Assembly (NCBI GenBank): GCA_025558095.1
Contig: JAIVFI010000039.1
Location: 248,001-312,000, forward strand
DNA: 64,000 bases
Source of the DNA: Hyaloraphidium curvatum SAG 235-1
Taxonomy: Eukaryota > Fungi > Monoblepharomycota
Reading direction: 5' to 3'
This document shows, piece after piece, positions 10,500 to 22,499 of this stretch (within the stretch, counting starts at the first letter, position 1; every line of letters begins with the position of its first letter). Below the pieces are notes generated by a model. That model saw nothing but the letters and a program-made list of their open reading frames with translations. It had not been told where the DNA came from and ran no database searches. A program made the position numbers and the translations under genes.

Positions 10500-11223
10500 A
10501 CGCCGTGAGTTTAGCACGGTAGCGACCCACGGAGAGGTATGAAGCCAGTGCCCGACCATGGTCCAAGAGACTGCAGTTGCCTCCTGATTCGGATCAAGCA
10601 TTCTCCGTGCGATGATGAGGAGCTCCGCAATGTCACGGCGGGCATCTGAATAGAAGCCCGTGATGGCCTCAATCTGTGCATTTGCCGGCACCCAGGTTGA
10701 CCATATCAATGATGAGCAGATACAGACAGTAGACCACATATGCAAGAATCCACCCGACAACGCATGAGCCAACGGCAAGGTTGATGACCAGACCCACGAA
10801 GAGGCCAGGCAAGGTGGTGGCGTAAAAGTTTGAAGACGAAATGACGGGGCAGGACCGCCAGGAGCCAGCAAAATGGGCATGCAAGCGGGAGTACAAGTCG
10901 GGGCTTTGGATCGTGTATATATTTGGCGAAGAACCACTCGCAGTGATCAAGGCGCGGCGGTGCACGGCCAAGAGATTACCGAGAGCGAGGTGCATGGCGC
11001 GGTGTTAGAGCCGCAACGCCAGCTGTAGAGCGGCCAGGTTCTGTGCAGGCCGCGAAACAACGTTGGCACAGTGGAACACCACGTTGCGGAGCAAGTACAA
11101 CACCATGACTGCTGCGGCCCACGGTGCCGAGAACGAATCCGCGCCGAATGTCACGAGGGAGGTCCACACGAGAGACGCGCCGATCAGGTACGCAAGGCAA
11201 AGCCTCGTGCACATTTCCAGCAA
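10500..11223 (-). pseudogene. Probable disrupted multi-pass membrane protein
   Basis: Hydrophobic ORFs 11005-11223 and 10669-10995 share a frame and are separated by a TAA. A helical continuation (NAQIEAITGFYSDARRDIAELL) lies in another frame. Confidence 0.35.
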
Positions 11224-11501
11224 ACACAGAAGTCAGCGACAGGGGCCCCGACGTTCCGTTCCATCTCTCCTCCGGCAAGCAAGCTCACAGGTACACTGTA
11301 AGGCGGAGCGAAAGAGCGTCTGCTCGTTGGGTGAGATTTGGGCGAATGGTGCCGGGCGCGGCGGGCAGTCTGCGAGTGTTCAGTCAGCCAAGACCCGCCG
11401 TTGCTCCGAACGGCCAGGCTGGACCGCGCGCCCCAGAGTCAGTGCCCGATCGCGCACCAATGCAGAGTCACAGCGGTGCCAGCCAGGGTGCCAGCGAGCA
11501 G

Positions 11502-12559
11502 TTAAATGCGCAGTGACAACACGGATCGTACATCATCAACGTATCTCAACGAATCAAGGAAAGGAAGCAAATCAAGGAGCGATTCATCAAGAGGATCGCT
11601 AATCCATCCATCAATCGGAATACCGTTGTCTACAGGGGCGGGGGGCGTCAGCAAGCAAACAACAGCAGCTCTAGCAAACACTCCCACCCTGGTTTATGGC
11701 GTAGGAGATGGGCGAATTGTCAATGAGGAAAACTCGGGACAAGTCCGGCTCGATGATGGCTAGATCCTTGATGTACGTTCCGTTGTGTTGGGTGCAGGAC
11801 TTTGCAACGACGATGCCGCGGGGCCCGGTTCGTGAGGGTGCCGTCGGCGACGCCACGTGCCAGCTCACCTGTCGAAAATACCGCCGACTGATGAGCGTTC
11901 TCGAGACGTCCAAGTAATCGATGACGGGATCGGCATATTCCGGCATCGAAGCCGTGAAAATGACCACGTCGTACCACTCGCTGACCTAGAGAAACGTTCC
12001 AGCAAACGACGTAAACCAGCGAATCCCCCTTGCACGCATATGTGGTCCGGACCTTTCGCAGGAAAAAGTCGACGAAAGGTCTCTTGTATATGTAGTAGAG
12101 GCATACGTGCTTGTCGACGAGCACTTCGATCACGTGGTCGTGGTTGCGGGATCCGCGCGACGTCGAATGAATCAGAGTCTCATCGAGATCCAGGACCAGT
12201 GTTTTCCGCTTGCCCGGGGTACTGGCCGAATCATAGCCGCGCCATAGGCAGTAGTTGCCAAAGAGCACGGCCGACAGCCGGCGCGCGCGCGCAACAATCG
12301 CAGCCGGCACAGTAAAGGCAGGTCCGTCGCGTCGTCTTCGAGAAATATTGCCGCCTTTTCTAGCCCCGGCCCCAGCCCCGAGCCGCGTCAGGCCCCGCTG
12401 TTCGGCTGAACGCCCGGTCGAAGAGCGGCCATCGGAACGCGTCGTCGCCCCACTTCGTTTGCTTAAAGGCATTACAGCCGCCAGGAGATCGTATGTAACA
12501 TTCGCTGTCGTCAAGAGAGTCCTTCGGAGAAACGAAAGGGGGGATCTTTCGTCTGGCAT
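11502..12559 (-). CDS. NEM1: Nem1/CTDNEP1 (Dullard) HAD-family CTD-type phosphatase, spliced; start approximate
   Basis: [37 protein letters not shown] and C-terminal [21 protein letters not shown], across GT-AG introns. Confidence 0.85.
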
Positions 12560-12667
12560 TTGGAGTTCGCGGCCCGGGCGGGTTTCGTCGCTGTCGATCA
12601 CTCGATGGTCGTCCCGTGCTAAAGCTCATGGCCGCAAGCCATCAATCATTCAATTGCAATGCCGGCA

Positions 12668-14936
12668 CTACATTCTTTGCTTCTTCTTCCTATGTTGCTC
12701 AATGTACTTCTGATCTTCCTGTTTGATCGCGAACGACCATCAGACGAATCGAACCGGCATCGTGGGACGCACGAACCTCATCGTTGAAAGAGACCTCTGC
12801 CTCAACTTCCGGCACTGCCTTCTTCGCCGACTTCTTCTTTTCCTTCTGGAGAGGTTGCGGGTCCTCGACCGCAGCAAGCGTTTGCACATCAGCATGCTTC
12901 GGGATCTTGTTTGACAGCTCTGAAGAGAAGTCAGCCACGATCAACCGAAGCATGAGAAAAGGGCGCAGGCACCCACTTCGAAGCTAGCGGTACCGACGCA
13001 CCATTGGAAAGAACGTCAGAACTCTTGAACTGGCCATGCATCACACCCACCTTTGCAACAAAGAACCCGTCCATGTTGTTGACGTGGGGATAGTAGCGCC
13101 TCGTGAGAGACAGAGACGGTGCAAAAGTCTTGCCCCGGAAGCTGGTGAAACCCTCCTTGCCAAACTCCAAGCCCGTTGGCACAAGCTTGACATTGGGCCG
13201 CTTCTTCAGCGCGTAGTCAACGACATCCTCGTTCTCCTCCACCGTGACGGAGCATGTCGAGTAGACGATGTAGCCGCCAGACTTCGAGTTGGCGTCCACG
13301 GAATCGATCGCGGCAAGGATGAGCTGCTTCTGAAGGTGGGAGAGCATCTGGAAATCCTGCTCGGTCTTGGTGCGGAGAGTTAGGTAGGGTAACCACAACA
13401 CGTCTGGCGAAAGGCTACCTTGCTCGTCTTAACCGAGGGGTCCTTGGATATGACGCCCGTCCCGCTGCAGGGAGCGTCCAGAAGGACTCGATCGAAACCA
13501 CCAATGACCTTGGGAAACTCCCTAGCATCGTAGTTGGAAACGGAGGTGTTCGTGACGCCCATGCGGTGTATGTTGGCGACGAGTCCCCGGCAGCGATCGC
13601 GGTTCGCATCGTTGGCAAAGACCATGCCGGTGTTCTTCATCAAGGCGGCCATGTACGTGACTTTTCCGCCCGGTGCGGAGCACATGTCCAGGATACGCTC
13701 GTTTTCCTGCGGAGCAAGAGCCATGACGGGGAGAAAGGAAGAGGCAGCCTGGAGTATGTAGTGGCCCGCCATGTACTCGGGAGTGGCACCTGACGGAGCG
13801 AGAGCGATCAATCTTTGGCGACGCGACCACGGCGCCGCGGGCCCCACCTATGGGAACGGAAGACTCGAACACCTGGAGGCCGACTTTCGACCATTTGCCG
13901 ACGGAGTCCAAGTTGACTCCACGATTGATCAAGGCCTGCACGAGGTCTCGCCGCCTGGTCCGCAGAGTGTTGGTCCGAATGACTACAGGCCGGGGAACCT
14001 CGTTCGCCTCGAAGAAGGCGACCGCCTACACGTGTGGCACGATCATCAGCGTTACAGCGACCAGCAAGCGCCTTTCGAGCTCACTTCCGGGGGGGTGAAA
14101 AGATGAAAAAGCTTCTCGACCATGAAGTCCGAGTAGCCGTAATAGAGGGCCAAGTCCTTGAGCAGCTGCTCAAGGTAGTCCGTTCTCGGCCGGTCGGGAT
14201 CCCGCAGTTCCTTGAAGTTACCGAGGACCCGGATCACATCCTGGATCCGTTGCTGCACCAGGGCCAAATCCGGTGCTACCAAAGTGTCCTTCTCGATCTC
14301 CTGCCCGCTCGGAAGAACGAACTTTTGGGTCTCCGAGATGTTTGTCTGCAGCAGCTCCGCGTCGGAATCCGAGCCTCCGTCTCTGTCCCCTTCTCCCTCC
14401 GAAGCGTCCTGGAACTCGTTCTCCTCCTCATCATCGTCAAAGTCGTCCGCGAGGAGCTCCTCCTCCTCGTCGTCTTCTTCCGCAGCTTCAGAGTCTTCTG
14501 ACCCGTCCTCCTCGTCGTCTAGCTCGGCCCCATCGAACGAGTCTCCCATCGATTCTCCGCCCTCACTCGAATCTCCAACCTCCTGATGTTCATCGCTCGA
14601 GCTCGCGTCCAGCTCGGGGTTCATCCGCGCGGTTCCGTTTGCCGAACCAGTAGACACTCTTTGGCCCGCGGCAACTCCGGCCTCCGACGAGCTGACTTCC
14701 GAATCGCTGATGTCCTCGTCGCTTTCCGCTTGTTTGCGTTTTCTTTTGGACAGAGATGGCCCCGGAGGACGGCCCAGCCCCTTGCCTCGCCCATCAGCCT
14801 GCCCGCCGGACTTTGACCGGGCGACTGGACTTGGCTTGCCGCGTCGACCGCCCAGGCCCCTGCCTCGGGAAGGTCGACCTGGCGACACCTCCAGCGCCGC
14901 CGGTGGCGGCTGCTTGTTGCGGCTTTTCCTGCTCAT
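12668..14936 (-). CDS. NOP2: 25S rRNA cytosine-C5 methyltransferase Nop2, spliced
   Basis: [64 protein letters not shown]. Acidic N-terminus. Confidence 0.97.
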
Positions 14937-15274
14937 TTCGGCTCTGGAGTGTTGTTTTGGCTTGTTTACACACTCGGCGTCGGATCTGCGCCTGATCTCT
15001 CTTCTCCTCGCTCCCCAAACCTCGCAAGCCCACGAGTGTGAAAAGAACGAGGTAGAGAAGCACCAGGCCACACGGGCATTCGTCGCGGTTCCCTTGAGCA
15101 GGCAGGGGTATCCAACCCACGTGACGTGTAGATCGGAAAGAACAGCAGACTATCTGCACCCTTCCGTCAAGCGCGGAAGCACGACCGGTGGAACAATCCG
15201 TCTGCTAGGCAGGTTGCGTATGTGCAGCAAGGACACGCATGGCCAAAACGTGGCAAGGCGGTCCAAGAGCGCCG

Positions 15275-15834
15275 TCAAGACGCCGTTGCCCACACCTGGC
15301 GGTCCATGGGGCACTGCTGTCGAGCATCTTGCTGGAGCCACTTCAAAAGACAGTGCAAATGGAAGACATGGCGGCAGCGGCCCCAGACTTCCAAGGAAGG
15401 ACAGGTTCGGAGACGAGGTGGACAAGCACAAACACCGGAGGAGAGAGTTGCAAGCCACCGGTATCAGCGAGAGATCCGGCGAAGATGAGGCAGAGCAAAT
15501 GCGAGGCGTGAATGAGAAAGCAGGTAGATTCCCGGCTGAAGCGAGACGCACTCAGCGGGCACTCGTCCCCGGGAACCTTGCAATCCGGGCAGCAGCCGTC
15601 AAAGGCGTTCCTGCAGATCCCACACACGTCGTCGTCATCGCTGACGTTCCATTTCCAGACCGCAACCGCGTTCCAGCTGGGCCGAGGAAGCGTGAGCGAT
15701 GCGCGCGCGAGGCAGAAGGTCCCAACTCGCGACCAACCCTGCACCGCGGCGAGGACGCGACGGTCAGAGGCGTCTACAGCAGACATGAAGAGACGGCGGG
15801 AACGAAGAAGCTCACTCTTGACGCGGACCTTCAT
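15275..15834 (-). CDS. APC11: Anaphase-promoting complex RING-H2 subunit Apc11, spliced, with a probable 1-nt exon at 15738
   Basis: MKVRVK-S-WNAVAVWKW...CGICRNAFDGCCPDCKVPGDECPL-IWGRCRHVFHLHCLLKWL...CPMDRQVW. Confidence 0.95.
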
Positions 15835-16164
15835 TCCCCGAGTGTGGTCGAGTGGACGTGCGTCCCGCGGCGCCGGCCGGTGCCGATCAAAGTACACCGT
15901 GGTCACCGAACCTCCGGAGGTCATCGCGAGCCATCGCCGCGCTGGCACGCGAATCCGCGCCGCCGCCGCCGCCCCGGCCCGACTGCATCGGCTGCCGCAT
16001 CGTCGGGTTCGCGGCGTTCGCGGGCCTCGGCGCGCACCTCGTCAACACCTCGCGCACCTGGAAAGCCGCGCCGCCCGCGCGCGCCCTGCTTGCCACCGCT
16101 GGCGTGGCGTTGGCCGGCGTGGGCGTCCACAGGCTGGTGGCGTAGCGACGCCAGCGGCACGGAC

Positions 16165-16881
16165 ATGGAGGCGCCCGCGACCTTCACAGTGCAATACGAC
16201 CGGCGGAAGCTCACGGTCAACATGCCGCTGGACCGTCCCCTGGCAGCACTCCGGGACCTGCTGGCAAAGGAGACCGGATTGCCGCCGGAAAGACAGAAAC
16301 TGTTTTGCTCGGGCGTGGTCATGGCAGACGACGGCGCATCGCTCCGCCGCTACATCAGGCCGGGGTCGAGGCTTATGCTGATAGCGACCGGACCGAAGGA
16401 CGCCCCGGCGCCGCCACCGAAGGACAGTGCCCGAAATGGAGCGAATGGTGCTGGAGTCGGACGTCATGGTCCCGGGCACCAGCGTCACCACGGCCACAAG
16501 CAGCCCGCTGCTGGTTCTCCATCGTCGACGCGCGAGGAAGAATCCATCCGGCAGCTGGATGCTGCTTTAGCGCAGGCAAAGCAGCAGTACCTTCCCATGT
16601 TGGATGGACTTTCCGCAGCGGCAAAGGCCTTTGCGGCGGACCAGACATTGCCACCCCCTAGGGAGCTGAAGCTGCCGCCGCACGTGACCATGCGCTCCCA
16701 TCTCCTGGATATGTACGGCCGAGTCACGGAGGGGTTGATGAAAGTTTTGCTCGAGATTGACAACGTGCAGCTCGAGGATGGCGAGGAGGAAGCTCGCGCG
16801 AAGAGGAGGCAGGCTGTCAAGCTGGTGCAGGACTTTCTGGACCGCGCAGACAGCATCAAGGGCTCCATTCCGCCAGTGTAA
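16165..16881 (+). CDS. BAG1-like co-chaperone (ubiquitin-like domain plus BAG domain)
   Basis: UBL motif TGLPPERQKL. BAG motif EGLMKVLLEIDNV...RAKRRQAVKLVQDFLDRAD. Confidence 0.85.
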   Translation: MEAPATFTVQYDRRKLTVNMPLDRPLAALRDLLAKETGLPPERQKLFCSGVVMADDGASLRRYIRPGSRLMLIATGPKDAPAPPPKDSARNGANGAGVGRHGPGHQRHHGHKQPAAGSPSSTREEESIRQLDAALAQAKQQYLPMLDGLSAAAKAFAADQTLPPPRELKLPPHVTMRSHLLDMYGRVTEGLMKVLLEIDNVQLEDGEEEARAKRRQAVKLVQDFLDRADSIKGSIPPV

Positions 16882-16972
16882 CCAAAGCGGAGGGGTGGCG
16901 TTGATCGAAACGTGCACAAAAGTCTATTCCACCCCGTCGGTCCATTCGTCCGTGGCCAGCCGTTACATGGCT

Positions 16973-18937
16973 TTAAAAGTGATCCCAGTCGTCGTCCTCC
17001 GGTTTGTTCGCGGATTGCTTCAGCGGGCTGGCTTTCGTTGCACCGTACCCAGTCGTCCTCGAGGTCGAAGGCGAGGCACGTCCTGACGGGGAGGCACGCC
17101 CCGACGGCGAAGCACGGCCGCCAGAGGGAGAAGCCCGCCCACTACCACCCCACGAATCCACCGGTGCCGTCTGTGCCCGCGAAGGAAACTTGCTGCCCGA
17201 CCCGCCCGAGTTGCGGTTCCCATAATCTCCCCACCCGTCGTCTTGCTTGTACCCTCCGTTGGACCACTGATCTCCGTCGTCGTCGTCGTCCTTGTATGCT
17301 GCCCATCCGCCGTCCGCGCCTTCCCTCGACTTGGAATCCGTCCCACCGTAGGAGCCGTTCGAAGCTTCGAACGAGGCCCAGCCTTCGTTTTGAGAGGCAG
17401 AACCCGGGCCAGAGGATCCGGCAGTGGAATCGAAAGTAGCCCAAGCCTGCTTGCCCGTTTCAGTCACCTGACGAAGGGTAAGCGATTCCGTGGTGCTGAA
17501 TGACCCGAGACGCCCACCTTCTTCCCAAGCTTGGACATGCCATCAATGAGAGATTCCACTGCATGACCCTCGCGGATCGCAGCGGCTCCGGGTTTGAGAA
17601 CGTTCTCGTCGAGCTGAGCGGCAACGAGGGTTGATGATATCACGACAATCTCGCCACAACCACAAAACCCACCTTCTGCGTGATGACTTGCGCAGATGCC
17701 ATGGCCACCTTGGCTCCTTGGTCAAGGTACTGCGCCGCCGTGCTCGAAAACATGCTCCAGCCTTTGCTCAGGCTGCCCAGCACATCCTCGGTGTCGAAAG
17801 GCAGCGCAGATGCGCCGCCGCGGCCCGAAAACGATGAAGATCCACCGGAAGAAGCCTGGAAGTTGGGGTTTCCGAACCCTGAGTACTTTCCTCCTTGCGA
17901 TGGCGCCAGTCCGTCAGGCCTCTGCGAGTTGCTGGCCCCCATCCGCGCAAAGTACGCTTCGTTCCGCGCACGATCGGTCTGGGGCGCGCGAGAGGAAGAA
18001 CCGTCGAACACCGGTTCACTCTGGGGGCGCTGCACAGGATCCCCCCGAGGCTGACGAGGCGGCTCATTCCTGGCGCTTTCCCAGGCGTCCCATCCCGAGT
18101 TTGAAGAAGATTTCGGGGGGCTGCTGAAGTCGAGAAGATCGCGATCGTCGTCCTGGTACGTCGATTTGCCGGTGCCCTGCTTGGGCGGGGGCTTTGGCCG
18201 AGACGGAGAGGGAGTCCACGGCCTGCCTTCGGCCTCTGCAGCCAGTTTCTCGCGGTACTGGCGCGCAAAATCAGAGTTGTACTTTTCCTGGATCGACATG
18301 CCATCGCGGTAGTCGGACGAGGCCTTGAAGAAGGTGAGGCACTTCTTGTTGCCGCCTATCTGCATCCGCTTGACCTGGTCCTCCCGCCAAGCATCCATCG
18401 TTATCGAGCGAACGAAGGAAATGTGAACGCCGAGGCCTCGATGTTGGCTGGGGGGGGAGACCAGCATCAGAACCAAAGAACAGACGCCAGCGACAATGGC
18501 AACAGCAAGGCTAGCCAGAAAGCGCAGGGCCAAGAGCCGGGAGCCGTCAAAGGCGGTGGCTTCGCTCACAAGATTGTGCAGAGCAAGCTGCACTGGCGTT
18601 GCGGATCACCCAGGATGGCCAATCGTCGTTCCCGCCACCACTACGGGAAGTACGGCCTTCATCTTAGCCGAGGCCAAAGAATGGGGCAGCTTCCCAAATA
18701 GCAAGCAACTACCAGCAGCACGAGGCTGCCTATCTCCGCCTCGGGCCATATCCGGGTGCCTGCACCATCCACTCACCCCGAGCACTCCAGGCAGAAGAAC
18801 GTGCCGTACGACACGCTGGCCCACTGAGGATTGGGGGCCCCGCAGTCGACGCAATTGCTGTTGCCATCCTCCTTCCTTCGCTGAAGGTCCAATAGCAGTT
18901 GCCGAAAGTAGCGCTCGCCGCCCGCCGCGGCAGCCAT
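16973..18937 (-). CDS. GCS1: ArfGAP (Gcs1/ArfGAP1-like), spliced
   Basis: [55 protein letters not shown], acidic C-terminus DDDWDHF. Confidence 0.9.
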
Positions 18938-19110
18938 GGCGTCGAGCCGAGGCGCAAGGGCCGCTGCGGTCACGATGCGCGGAAGACGGAGGCGCGGAAC
19001 GGGCCCCCGGGGCTGGCGCGGTGCTCGAATGCAAAGTGTGAGCGGGCGTTAGGGACCTGATGTTTGGCGCTGCGGTGCATGGAAGCGCGGGAAGTCGATA
19101 GTAGTTCTAG

Positions 19111-20448
19111 ATGTCTTCCGCGCTTGCCCGTGCTGGGGCAGCTTTGCTTCGGCTGGCGCAGTTCTTCGGCGGTTCCGGATCGGATGGGGTGGACATCGAG
19201 CCGTTGGAGACCGCCCTGGCTACCTTCGCCGGGAGCATCGCCCTCATAGACGCTGGCGAGATGGATGACGCGTCCCGCATCGCTGCCCTAGCTGAAATGG
19301 ACGGCTGGCTCGCCGCACACAGCTCCGTGCTTCCTTTTCCCGTCACGGGCGCCGTTGTGGACAAGATGATGGAACTCGCTGCTTCTCGCGACGGAGATGA
19401 CGAAGCCGCTCAAGCGAACGAACTCACCGTGCAGGCGATTCGGGATCGTTATTCGTCGTTCCTCGTATTGATGGAGGATGATCGCGAGGCGATGTATGCA
19501 GGGGAGGACGCAGAACCGGTCGAAGTGCGCACCGCGGACACCGCAGGGGACGCACAGGCTGGGGAAGCGGCACGGACGATCGAGCTTGCAGAGCAATGGA
19601 AGATGACCAGGGAGGGCTCTTATTTGGACGACCTGGTTGCGCTTGTGGAACCTCATCTGGGGGACGCGGTGCTGGAGCTGCGACCGACGCCGTCGCTTGC
19701 CTTGGTCTTCAGCCTCGCTCGTCGCTCTCCTGAAGCTACCTTCTTCCCCTCTTTCCCCCCTCGAGGTGACACACCTGTCCCGCAGAGGCCGGCGGAATGC
19801 CCGGCAAATCTTGCCGCTCCGATCGAGGTCGACCCCAACGATCCATCGTTCTATCACCGCGGGCGGCTTGTTCGCAACTCGCGCAAGACGGTTCCGCCCC
19901 TTCCCGAGACCTTCTCTTGCGTTCTCGCAAGCTGCATCGATTCCTTGCGCTATCAAGCGTCCCTCGTCGAGTGCGTGCTGCGCGGTTGCAGGTTGCTCGT
20001 GCGTCCAAGCGGCAAAGCTGTGCTATGGACATGCATCGGGCAGGAGGACGCGCGGGAATGGGAGGCCGGGATACTCGTAAAGGAGAGTGACCACTCCACC
20101 CGGAATTTGCCCCTTCCCTCGGAAGCCGTCAAGTCCGACACAGACCCCACCGTAGACCATATCAGTGGCTCCGCAGCGGCTCTTCCGGACGTTTCCATCG
20201 GTGTGGCCTCGGGACACGGTCCTGCACCTGATGCCCAAGGAGAAGAGCTCGAACCAACCCTTCGCGGGATCGTGGATCAGCATCTCGTCCCGCTGGCTTG
20301 GCGATGCTTGTTTAGGCACGCGAGCTCCGAGCTGGTGCCTATTTCGGACGGAGACGGACATGCCGGTGGGCCGACAGCGCTACTGGTCCTCGCATTCGTG
20401 CGAGATGAGGTCAGCGAGGATGATGACGTGGATTTGACAGTCTTTTGA
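19111..20448 (+). CDS. Hypothetical protein with a divergent DUF938/METTL26-like methyltransferase fold
   Basis: 445-aa ORF. VLEL...PEATFFPS...NLAAPIEVD...VLRGCRLLVRPSGKAVLW resembles DUF938, but the Gly-rich SAM motif is absent. Confidence 0.45.
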   Translation: MSSALARAGAALLRLAQFFGGSGSDGVDIEPLETALATFAGSIALIDAGEMDDASRIAALAEMDGWLAAHSSVLPFPVTGAVVDKMMELAASRDGDDEAAQANELTVQAIRDRYSSFLVLMEDDREAMYAGEDAEPVEVRTADTAGDAQAGEAARTIELAEQWKMTREGSYLDDLVALVEPHLGDAVLELRPTPSLALVFSLARRSPEATFFPSFPPRGDTPVPQRPAECPANLAAPIEVDPNDPSFYHRGRLVRNSRKTVPPLPETFSCVLASCIDSLRYQASLVECVLRGCRLLVRPSGKAVLWTCIGQEDAREWEAGILVKESDHSTRNLPLPSEAVKSDTDPTVDHISGSAAALPDVSIGVASGHGPAPDAQGEELEPTLRGIVDQHLVPLAWRCLFRHASSELVPISDGDGHAGGPTALLVLAFVRDEVSEDDDVDLTVF

Positions 20449-20467
20449 AAGAGAACAATCGCGCCGT

Positions 20468-21685
20468 TCAAAGCCTCGCGTCCACCTTTAAGGACTCGAA
20501 GAAGTCCCTCAGAATGTTCGTCACCACATCTGCCGCTTCCATCGTTACCCTGAAAGTGGGGCGGGTCGGGTCAAGGAGGGAGCCTGGCGCCGAAAGGAAC
20601 CAAACACTGTACCAGTGGCCTGCTCCAGGGAGCATCTTGCGGCCCCGGAAACCAGGGAGCTTTTCCATGGCCTCAATGGCGCCCGGTGTCTGCCAGACGC
20701 CCCAGTCCCGATCGCCCCCCACAAAGATGAAGGGTACCGAGAGACGTATGCCGGCAAAGAGGGCAACATCGTCATTGAGCGTTGACGTCCTGCTTCGATA
20801 CCAGTTCAAACCGCCTTGGAAGCCAGCCCTCTGATACTCTTGGACGTAGACGGCAAGGTCCGAATCGGGAAGCCAACGGCTCGATTTCTCGGCCACCTCC
20901 GCGTCGGTTGGGTAGATGACACTCTCTGGCATGGTTGCCCCAAGGTTCATTATGTAGTAACTGGGAAGTACCGCCATCGCCTCGGCCGATCTGGCTTTCA
21001 GCGGGTGCGGGCGATTGCCTTCCCAGTCACCCGACTTGTGGTGAAAGTAGGCGCGCATGAAAGCATGGAATCCGGACGGAGCATTGAGCATGTCCGACTC
21101 GGCTCGGCGTTCGCTGTAGTACATCTGGTAATGGATACGCGGTTGCGGCAGCGCAGCCAGCTGCTCGTGGATAGAAGGACCACGTTCTCCTTGCTGCTTT
21201 TTCGGTGCGTTGGCATAGTCGAACGGCAAGCTGGGGCCGCCGGTGAACGGGGCCGACATGAGCACCAACGCTTGGCACACGTCCGGGCGCATTAGAGCGA
21301 TATGGCCCGCCAGGAAAGACCCGAAGTCGTGGCCCACGACATATGCACGGCGGTGACCGAAAGCAAACAGAAGCGAGATGGCGTCGATGACGAGGTTCGA
21401 CATCCGGAACGAAGCCACGTCCCCGTCGAAGCGATTGTCCCAGCCCGTAGTGCGTCCGTAACCGCGCAGATCGGGAGCCAGCACGTGGAAGCCCAACGCG
21501 GCGAGGCCAGGCATCACGAGCCGCCAGCTGAACGCTAGCTCGGGAAAGCCGTGCAGGAGCAGTGCGCACGGTCGGCCGGCCGTTTCGAAGCCCGCCTCGA
21601 GGACGTGAACCGTCAGCCCGTTGCATCCCGGCACGAAACGCGAGCGAACGCCGCTCGGCAGCGGCAGCGGGGGAAGGTTTTCCAT
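20468..21685 (-). CDS. Alpha/beta-fold epoxide hydrolase-like protein (bacterial type), one 3' intron
   Basis: LLLHGFPELAFSWR, APDLRGYG, VGHDFGS, GLNWYR, GAGHW. Confidence 0.9.
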   Translation of the reverse strand: MENLPPLPLPSGVRSRFVPGCNGLTVHVLEAGFETAGRPCALLLHGFPELAFSWRLVMPGLAALGFHVLAPDLRGYGRTTGWDNRFDGDVASFRMSNLVIDAISLLFAFGHRRAYVVGHDFGSFLAGHIALMRPDVCQALVLMSAPFTGGPSLPFDYANAPKKQQGERGPSIHEQLAALPQPRIHYQMYYSERRAESDMLNAPSGFHAFMRAYFHHKSGDWEGNRPHPLKARSAEAMAVLPSYYIMNLGATMPESVIYPTDAEVAEKSSRWLPDSDLAVYVQEYQRAGFQGGLNWYRSRTSTLNDDVALFAGIRLSVPFIFVGGDRDWGVWQTPGAIEAMEKLPGFRGRKMLPGAGHWYSVWFLSAPGSLLDPTRPTFRVTMEAADVVTNILRDFFESLKVDARL

Positions 21686-21784
21686 TTGTAAAGTGCGGCG
21701 GGTTTGTCTCCCTCGGCGGCAGCCGTGCCGCGCACTACCGTCTTTTGCGGCAAAGAAGCAACTTCGAGTCATCTACTGGCCCGC

Positions 21785-22217
21785 ATGGGCAGACCATCTT
21801 ACAATATCAAGAGCAAGCTGCTGTATGCAGTGCGGAAGGCGATTCGGGGTTCGGCTTCGTGCGTGGCGACGCAGCTTGGCGTCCATCGGTCATTGCTTTC
21901 GCGCTGGCATTCCGAAGCCCCACGAACTTGCCAAAGCCCCGGGAAGGATCACTCGGCGCGATGTCCCGCATTATGTGCGGCTGCCGTACGAGCGTGTCGA
22001 GGTCCACTTGGCCCAATGGGTACAGATTCGGCGGGTTGCCGGCATCGTAGTCAACCTACCGCGATTGCAGTGCGCGAATGGCGGAGCTGGTCTTGGAGAC
22101 GACACGGCAGACTCCCAGTTGGAATGTCAACGTTCATTGGGGGCGCAAGTGGTTCTCTGGGTTCCTCAGACGGCGGGGGCTCTCGCTCCGCGTGCCAACC
22201 ACGGGATTCGCATCTGA
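21785..22217 (+). mobile_element. Remnant of a pogo/Tc5 (CENP-B-like) transposase DNA-binding region
   Basis: Three frames give MGRPSYNIKSKL...VATQLGVHRSLLSRW, then YERVEVHLAQWVQIRRVAGIVV, then KWFSGFLRRRGLSLRVPT. This is two HTH domains with frameshifts and no DDE domain. Confidence 0.7.
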
Positions 22218-22499
22218 CCGGCCGCGGCCGTCGCTGAAGCTGGTTCCAACGGGATCTTCTTGCTTTCTCGAGGAGGCTAGAGGTTAGCGGCGACGATTCC
22301 CACGAGTTCGCGGAGCTGCGTGTGCAGTCCATGATGGCGAAACTTTGGACTCCTGGACCGCTGCGAAGAAGTTGTACACAATGCCATTTCTCCAGCCTAG
22401 TACATCAGCGCGCGGCGCGAACTTCTGCATCGGTGCTTCGCTGCCCGGAAACATCCTGCTCAAGGCGTTCTATCGTGGCCCGTGCGAGAGCAATGTTCC

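Noticed and set aside
14710-16164. N-terminal extension making the BAG protein 723 aa
   Set aside because: It is antisense to NOP2 and APC11. The real start is most likely the ATG at 16165.
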